A DNA stretch of 42,143 nucleotides from Vitrella brassicaformis CCMP3155 (lineage: Eukaryota; Protista; Chromerida): contig CDMY01000615.1 in the NCBI GenBank assembly GCA_001179505.1, positions 1 to 42,143 of the forward strand, read 5' to 3'. Numbering within the stretch: position 1 is the stretch's first letter; every line of letters begins with the position of its first letter. Of the stretch, positions 36,439 through 42,143 are shown one piece after another. The notes under the pieces are model-generated. The model was not told where the DNA came from. It was given only the letters and a program-made list of their open reading frames with translations, and made no database searches. The translations under genes and the position numbers were made by a program.

Positions 36439-37740
36439 CTAATGCACGCTCGACACCGTCCATTGCTGGTGGTGGCCGCCGCTGCGCGACCACTGTTGGG
36501 CGTTGGCGCCATCCAGGCCGACTTCGGGCAGGTCAATGTCGATCACTTTGCCACTGGCACGGTTCACGATGTAGAAGTGGCCGTCGTCGGTCATGTCGAT
36601 CCACCAGTGCTGGTTGGTGCCACCGCAGCCCCTCTGCTGCACATTGGCGCCGTCACGGTTGATGTCGGGTGCATGCACGTCGAGCAACTTGCCGCTGTGC
36701 GCGTTCACGATGTGGAAGTAGCCGCCGCCGATCGACTCGAGGCGCCAGTGCTGGTCGGTGCCACCGCGGCCCCACTGCTGCACGTTGGCGCCGTCGCAAT
36801 CGATGTCATGCGAGTGCACGTCGAGCATCTTGCCGCTGCGACGGTTGACGACGAAGAACGTGCCGGCGTCGCGGCGGTACACCGCGGCGTGCTCCTGCAT
36901 GCGCGCGACCTGGCCCGGCGTAAAGTTGTCCATCCAGGCGTCGTCGGTGTAGTTCATGTAGTTCTTGACTGGTGCGCGCTCGCCCGCCATGCAAGCGCCG
37001 TTGGCCGCCGTAGGATCAGGCTTGCCCCAGTTGGGAAAACGGTGCGCCGGCGTGTCGTCGATCTCGTCACCTTCGCCAGAGCAGCCGTTCTGGAACGTGT
37101 GCAGCAGGCCGAACCAGTGTCCGACCTCGTGCACCCCCGTGTCGCCCTCGTTGAACGGATGGTTCGTGCCGCCAGGGAGCGTGTCGACGTGCAGCACGAC
37201 GCCGTCCATGGTCGGCGCGCCGGCGAAGTCCCACGGGAACGTCGCCCAGCCCAGCGTGCCAGTGGGCGGGTTGACCGTGTAGATGTTCAGGAAGCCACTG
37301 CGGTACAGCTCGCGCTTGGCGGCCGCCTCCTCCGCGCTCTTGTGCTCCATGCGGAACCAATCGTCGTTGTCGTGGTTTACGACATTGCTCGGGTGGTAGA
37401 TGAAGTCGAAGTTGGCGGCGCGGAACGCGTCGTTGAGCACGGCCACCTGCTGCATGCGCTGTTGCTCGCTGACGTCGCCGGCCGCGCCCGACCGCAGGTG
37501 CACGAAGCGCACGAAGATGGGCGTGTGCTTCGGGCTCGCGCGTGCCGTGTCGCCCGCCGCAGTGCGAGCGAGCGCTTGTCGACGTGTGCGCGCCGCCCGT
37601 TGCGTCGCGATGCTTGGATTGTCGGTGGCGCACTTTACGCCCTGCACACCGCGGCCATCATCGTCTGATTCATCGCCCGTGACCGGCGTGGCGCCGGCGG
37701 CCCCGGCCGTGGTCGTGGTCGTGGTCGCGGTCCTGTGCAT
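36439..37740 (-). CDS. M43 (ulilysin/pappalysin-like) zinc metalloprotease fused to a C-terminal ricin-B lectin; intronless, 433 aa from ATG 37740
   Basis: KCAT Cys-switch-like motif, LGWATFP, DGVV, HEVGHWFGLLHTF (HExxHxxGxxH), DDTP and NYMNYT Met-turn. Three ~47-aa ricin repeats IVN..SGK.LD....DGAN.QQW..(Q/H)W follow. The ORF-track start at 37794 is TTG. Confidence 0.92.
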   Translation of the reverse strand: MHRTATTTTTTAGAAGATPVTGDESDDDGRGVQGVKCATDNPSIATQRAARTRRQALARTAAGDTARASPKHTPIFVRFVHLRSGAAGDVSEQQRMQQVAVLNDAFRAANFDFIYHPSNVVNHDNDDWFRMEHKSAEEAAAKRELYRSGFLNIYTVNPPTGTLGWATFPWDFAGAPTMDGVVLHVDTLPGGTNHPFNEGDTGVHEVGHWFGLLHTFQNGCSGEGDEIDDTPAHRFPNWGKPDPTAANGACMAGERAPVKNYMNYTDDAWMDNFTPGQVARMQEHAAVYRRDAGTFFVVNRRSGKMLDVHSHDIDCDGANVQQWGRGGTDQHWRLESIGGGYFHIVNAHSGKLLDVHAPDINRDGANVQQRGCGGTNQHWWIDMTDDGHFYIVNRASGKVIDIDLPEVGLDGANAQQWSRSGGHHQQWTVSSVH

Positions 37741-37859
37741 CGAGAGGCTTGCAGCTGTTATTGCCGTTTTGCTGTGGCGGTTGTCACGAAGCAAGTCGAA
37801 CCACAGCTTTCCTGATTGCGAGCTTGCGAGCTGAGCTTTTGCGAGCTTGGCTTCAAGCT

Positions 37860-38237
37860 AGCAAGATCTATTCTATCACCCGCCCTCCCATTGAGGATGA
37901 GTCTCATGTCTTTGCATGTTGTCCATTGTATCGTTCCCTTCGTGACACGCTACACAGAGTTATCGGCCAGCATGGTGTGACTGCCCCTGATGCCTGTAAC
38001 TATCGTCGGTGGCGCAGGTCACATCCTATTGTTTTCACCTGTTGTGTGCTGCAATCGGACAAACTGCCGGTGCTTTCTGCAGCGGCAGACTTTCTTCTTT
38101 CAGCACAGGCAACACGCACTGAGTGGCTTGCACTCAATCCGTTCTTGCCAGACAGTCAGTCAGCGGCAGAGGATGAATTGGTATATGAACAGTATGTATT
38201 GGATCAGTGGGCGCTCGACGTCGAGCTCTCTGAGTAG
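37860..38237 (+). mobile_element. 3' remnant of a LINE ORF2 (Cys/His-rich C-terminal domain)
   Basis: PIEDESHVFACCPLYRSLRD matches the ED..H..F.C..Y..LR motif at the C-terminus of LINE ORF2 proteins. No RT is present upstream, so it is 5'-truncated. Confidence 0.6.
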
Positions 38238-38873
38238 CCTCTGTGCGTCATGCATATGTCTGGCTGTCTTCTCGTATATGTGCAGCCGGTGTTGACAGTG
38301 ATTTTTCTGACCGTCATAGGGTGGCACGTGCATGTCGAGTGGGTGGGTGGGATGGGTAGACAGGCCGTGTGCATGCTTCTATGCATGTGCATGTTGCTAG
38401 TTTAGTCCGTGACATGGACAGGATCCCCTCCGGGGTTACAGACACGAGTCTCGTTAAACACAATGACCAACCAACCTATTCCCTATCTGTGCATGATGTC
38501 AGTGCAGATGATCCTTTCAGCCATCACCGAAGATGGATCTATGTTGACCGGACCTCATGGTGCCATATATAGACAGGAAGGATGTTGTATATAGTCCAGA
38601 TTCATACCATGAACCCCCAGCCCCTTCGGGTCTAGACTAAATTTTCGTCTGTCTATCATTTTCGTCTGTCTGTCATCTGCGTTTGTTTGTCCCTCACTCG
38701 ATGACATCACTGTCGTGTGCTGTATGAGGCGAGGCTGACTGCAGGACGGTCGACAGCACTCGAAAGACCTTCTCATTCCTCACGAGAGAACGAGCCATGG
38801 CCATCGCAAGATTGAACACCTGAATGAAAGCCGAACACAAGAGCGATGAATGGGTGAAAATGCACCGTGCATT

Positions 38874-39207
38874 TTAGCTATGCATTTCTACTGCACTGGT
38901 GTCCTTGAACGTCTCTCCTATTGTGTGCATCTCTTTCGTCCGTGCAATGAGTGTGGCGATTCGATCAATAAGAACGGGAGATGTGGCGCCAGAACGAGCG
39001 AGAGATATCAGCAGCTTTAAAAATGCACACACAGAGTGAGAGAACAGTGCATCTACGCAAGCGTGTCTGACTGTATCTCTGTACCTGGCTGATTTGCGGC
39101 ACAATGAAGTCGTGCAGCTTCTTGCGAGCCTCCACAAACAGCAGGTCGAATAAAATCGCCAGTCGCTTTGCCAATCCTTCCAATAGCTCTCGGACGTCTC
39201 TCGCCAC
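38874..39207 (-). pseudogene. Spliced coding remnant of unknown identity (helical)
   Basis: ..ELLEGLAKRLAILFDLLFVEARKKLHDFIVPQISQ|gtacag..ttttaaag|LLISLARSGATSPVLIDRIATLIARTKEM.. No start or convincing family was identified. Confidence 0.3.
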
Positions 39208-39904
39208 GAGTGTGGCCTGAGCTATTTCATCTTAGAGAAATGAACGATGGACAGACTATGAGTCTCTTTATGCATTGTATTCTTGCCCTCGTCACCCAAT
39301 TTGACGCACCTTGGGGACAAAGTCGTCATTTAAGGGTGAGAGGCGGAGGCTGTCCACATATTTTAGGAAGTTGGTTGCGTCAGCCATGCTGTCCCACCTT
39401 TTGTGCAAACAAACGTTCAGAAGGATGACGTCTCAGTGAGCTTTACACTCTTACACAATGTTTCTTTCTGCAGGCCGCAATGAGGACGTCGAAGCATCTA
39501 AGGACAGCGTTGCAGCTGCCTTGTCTGTCAATGACACTGCATGAAAACAAAGGAGAAAGTGGTGAGCAGGCAGACGCCGCACCCTATCGTACAGTCCGCC
39601 TCTTGTGTGTTGCAGCATGATGTGCAGGAAGAGCCTGATGATGTGCACTGAGTCTCAGGATGACGTAACCTAAGGCTTCATGCGTCTTACCTTGAAGTTC
39701 CTCCTAAGTGCTGACAACTTCGCCATTCGCCACTGCAATGGCGACAAGGAAGTACTGGAATGGTCGTGTGTTCCTAGCCAACCATTCCTGTTCGTAAATC
39801 GAGGGGAGATCTATCGACCAGGCGGGAGGAACTTTGATATCGCGAGGCTGAACAGTTGACACTGTGAAGGTCGAGAAGTGCTTCTGATGCTGTTCTGATG
39901 CGGT

Positions 39905-40265
39905 TCTGCTTGGACACGTCAAGACGTAATCAGTTGCAGATCTTTGCGCGATAAGACCCCAGAGAAGCCTCACCGAAAAATGGCTCTTCCGATCAACTCA
40001 TGTACGCTTCCATCCATCATTCACATAAGAGTCAGAGTCCGTGAAGGTCACCAAAGAAATAGACAAAGCCAATGGGCGCGGTGAGCGCTTTCACGAAGGG
40101 GAATCTCTCCCTTCCAACCTCACTAGCTGACCTGCCTAGCTTCAGTATCTCAGGCCACGTGACGCTTGGAAGCTCAGGCAAAAGAACAACAGACGAATAG
40201 CGTACACCGACCGGATCGCTTCTTGCCTAACGGGCAAGCCAAAGCAAAAACGTCAGGCCTGGTTC
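39905..40265 (-). repeat. Inverted copy of repeat family C
   Basis: Reverse complement is collinear with 30150-30445 apart from an internal insertion. Confidence 0.8.
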
Positions 40266-41189
40266 TATTGCCTATGGTGAAGAGCCTGACGAACATAATT
40301 ACCCTCACTGTCCATGAACGAAGAAAGAGAATTGTATCAGCATGAGGCAACTCAGCAGGCACGACACGGCAGTCAGGACACAAATATTGCCCAAGTGCCC
40401 CTCTCGCCTGCCGTTCGATATTAAACTGAACAGCCCTCTCTGACACACTCCTCTTCTCGTTTTTCCGCTCGCTGTCGTATACTCCTTGTCACTTGTCACC
40501 CAGGCTCCACTTGGCATATAGCAAGAAGGGAATCACTCCAAGACCATCAGCAGCCAGTACCTTCAGAGGCTTCCCACGTCGCGGCCATCTCATGCCGGAG
40601 CATGAAACTTAGTAAGGGAAATCCCCATCAGGACCACAGGGACGCAGCAGCCTCTCGGCTCCCTGCAAACGCTCGTCGCTGCTCTCACCCTCATAAGCGA
40701 GGACCAAAAATGCGAGAAAACAAAGGGCGCGTAACTTCCAGACGCATGACGTAGCCAAAAAACAAATGGTAGGGGCCCTTCTGCTAACGACCCTATGCTG
40801 TCCCGCACTCCCTTCTCGCTTGCCGTTCTGCCGCTGTCGTGTGCTCCTTGTCTCTCGCTATCGTCTGCTCCTTGTCTCTCGCTATCGTATTGCTCCTTAT
40901 CTTTGACTGCCGTGTTCTCCTTGTCTCTCGCTGTCATGTGCTGCTCAATGTCATGCCCAACCCAAAATAATAGTAAGAGAGGCAAAGGGAAGGGCAGGGG
41001 TAACTCTCCAAAGCAGCACCTCATCACCATCGTCTCACCACTCAGTCATCGTCTCTCATGTCCTCAGCATCTCCGAATCATCACGTTCACAGGCGCCACT
41101 CGAGGTCGCATTCGCCAACCAGAGCTGGTTACTGACCTCCCTTAACTCGAACCCCGAAACTGAAGCGGTATTGGCCGAGTGCAGCTTTA

Positions 41190-42143
41190 TATGATGAATG
41201 ACTCTGTGCGCACACCCGCAGGCACGTGCGCATGCACGTGTGGACTTGGGAGTGCGTATATATCATGAATGCCTCTGTGCGCACACTTGCGCATGCACGT
41301 TTGGACTTGGAGTGCGTGTATATCATGAATGTCTCTGTTCGCACACATTCATCATATACAAAGTCGACACGTGCATGCGCACCCCTCACTCCAAGTCGAC
41401 ACGTGCATGCGGAGGGGTGCGCACACACACGTTCATTATATACACACACTCCAAGTCGTCGACACGTGCATGCGCAGGGGTGCGCACACAGACATTTACG
41501 TACACACACTTCAAGTCCACATGTGCATGCGCAATTCCACATGTGCATGTGCATGCGCAGGTGTGCGCACAGAGGGATTCAATATACACACAGTCCAAGT
41601 CCACATGTGCATGCGCAGGTGTGCGCAAAGAAGCATTCAGTATATACACACATACGGAGTCCACATGTGCATGCGCAGGTGTGCGCACAGAAACATTCAG
41701 TATATACACACACTCCAAGTCCACATGTGCCTGCGCAGGTGTGCGCACAGAAGCATTCAGTATATACACACACTGCAAGTCCACATGTGCATGCGCAATT
41801 CCACATGTGCATGTGCATGCGCAAGTGTGCGCACAGAAACATTCAATATACACACACAATCCGAGTCCACATGTGCATGCGCAGGTGTGCGTACAGAGGC
41901 AAACATTACATACACACACACCAAGTCCAGATGTACATGCGCAATTCCACATATGCATGTGCATGCGCAGGTGTACGCACAGAGGCATTCAGTATATACA
42001 CACACTCCAAGTCAACATGTGCATGCGCAATTCCACATATGCATGTGCATGCGCAGGTGTGCGCTCAGAAACATTCAATATACACACAGTCCAAGTCCAC
42101 ATGTGCATGCGCAGGTGTGCGCAAAGAAGCATTCAGTATATAC
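41190..42143. repeat. 60-bp minisatellite array with an orientation switch; runs off the window end
   Basis: Unit gtccacatgtgcatgcgcaggtgtgcgcacagaaacattcagtatatacacacactccaa has period 60 (see 41641/41701/41761), with a periodic 26-bp insert attccacatgtgcatgtgcatgcgca. Copies at 41190-41345 are reverse-complemented. Confidence 0.92.

Noticed and set aside
41190-42143. CRISPR array or Cys/His-rich ORFs (41129-42005)
   Set aside because: There are no unique spacers or cas genes. The ORFs are translations of a 60-bp satellite.
1-42143. Most remaining ORF-track entries, and tRNA/rRNA genes
   Set aside because: The ORFs are antisense or alternate-frame shadows of GC-rich genes and TEs, intron read-throughs, or N-spanning artefacts. 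No cloverleaf or rRNA signature was seen.

Overview
Eukaryotic, intron-containing, TE-rich scaffold segment with three 300-N gaps (5205-5504, 11136-11435, 30446-30745). The short GT-AG introns are rich in (GT)n/(CA)n and the genome is GC-rich, which fits a chromerid-like alveolate such as Vitrella; this is inference only. Left to right: a CRE-type non-LTR endonuclease remnant; a Ty1/copia element (300-bp 3' LTR plus PPT, gag-pol split by an overlap gap, Q/N-rich Gag with no zinc knuckle, no 5' LTR found); dispersed repeats; a small spliced hypothetical gene; a head-to-head PTC7-like PP2C / UBIAD1 prenyltransferase pair with ATGs 170 bp apart (the PTC7 exon 4 has an in-frame TGA; UBIAD1 looks intact with a possible bipartite leader); a frameshifted, truncated NO VEIN/sacsin-like ATPase; two tandem copies of a bacterial-type LTD-OB-EEP secreted nuclease (the complete copy has three introns and is disabled); a decayed CRE RT; an intronless bacterial-like M43 metalloprotease-ricin B lectin; a LINE 3' remnant; and a 60-bp minisatellite with an internal inversion whose unit is also scattered across the window. 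All calls come from manual motif recognition and manual alignment. No searches were run.
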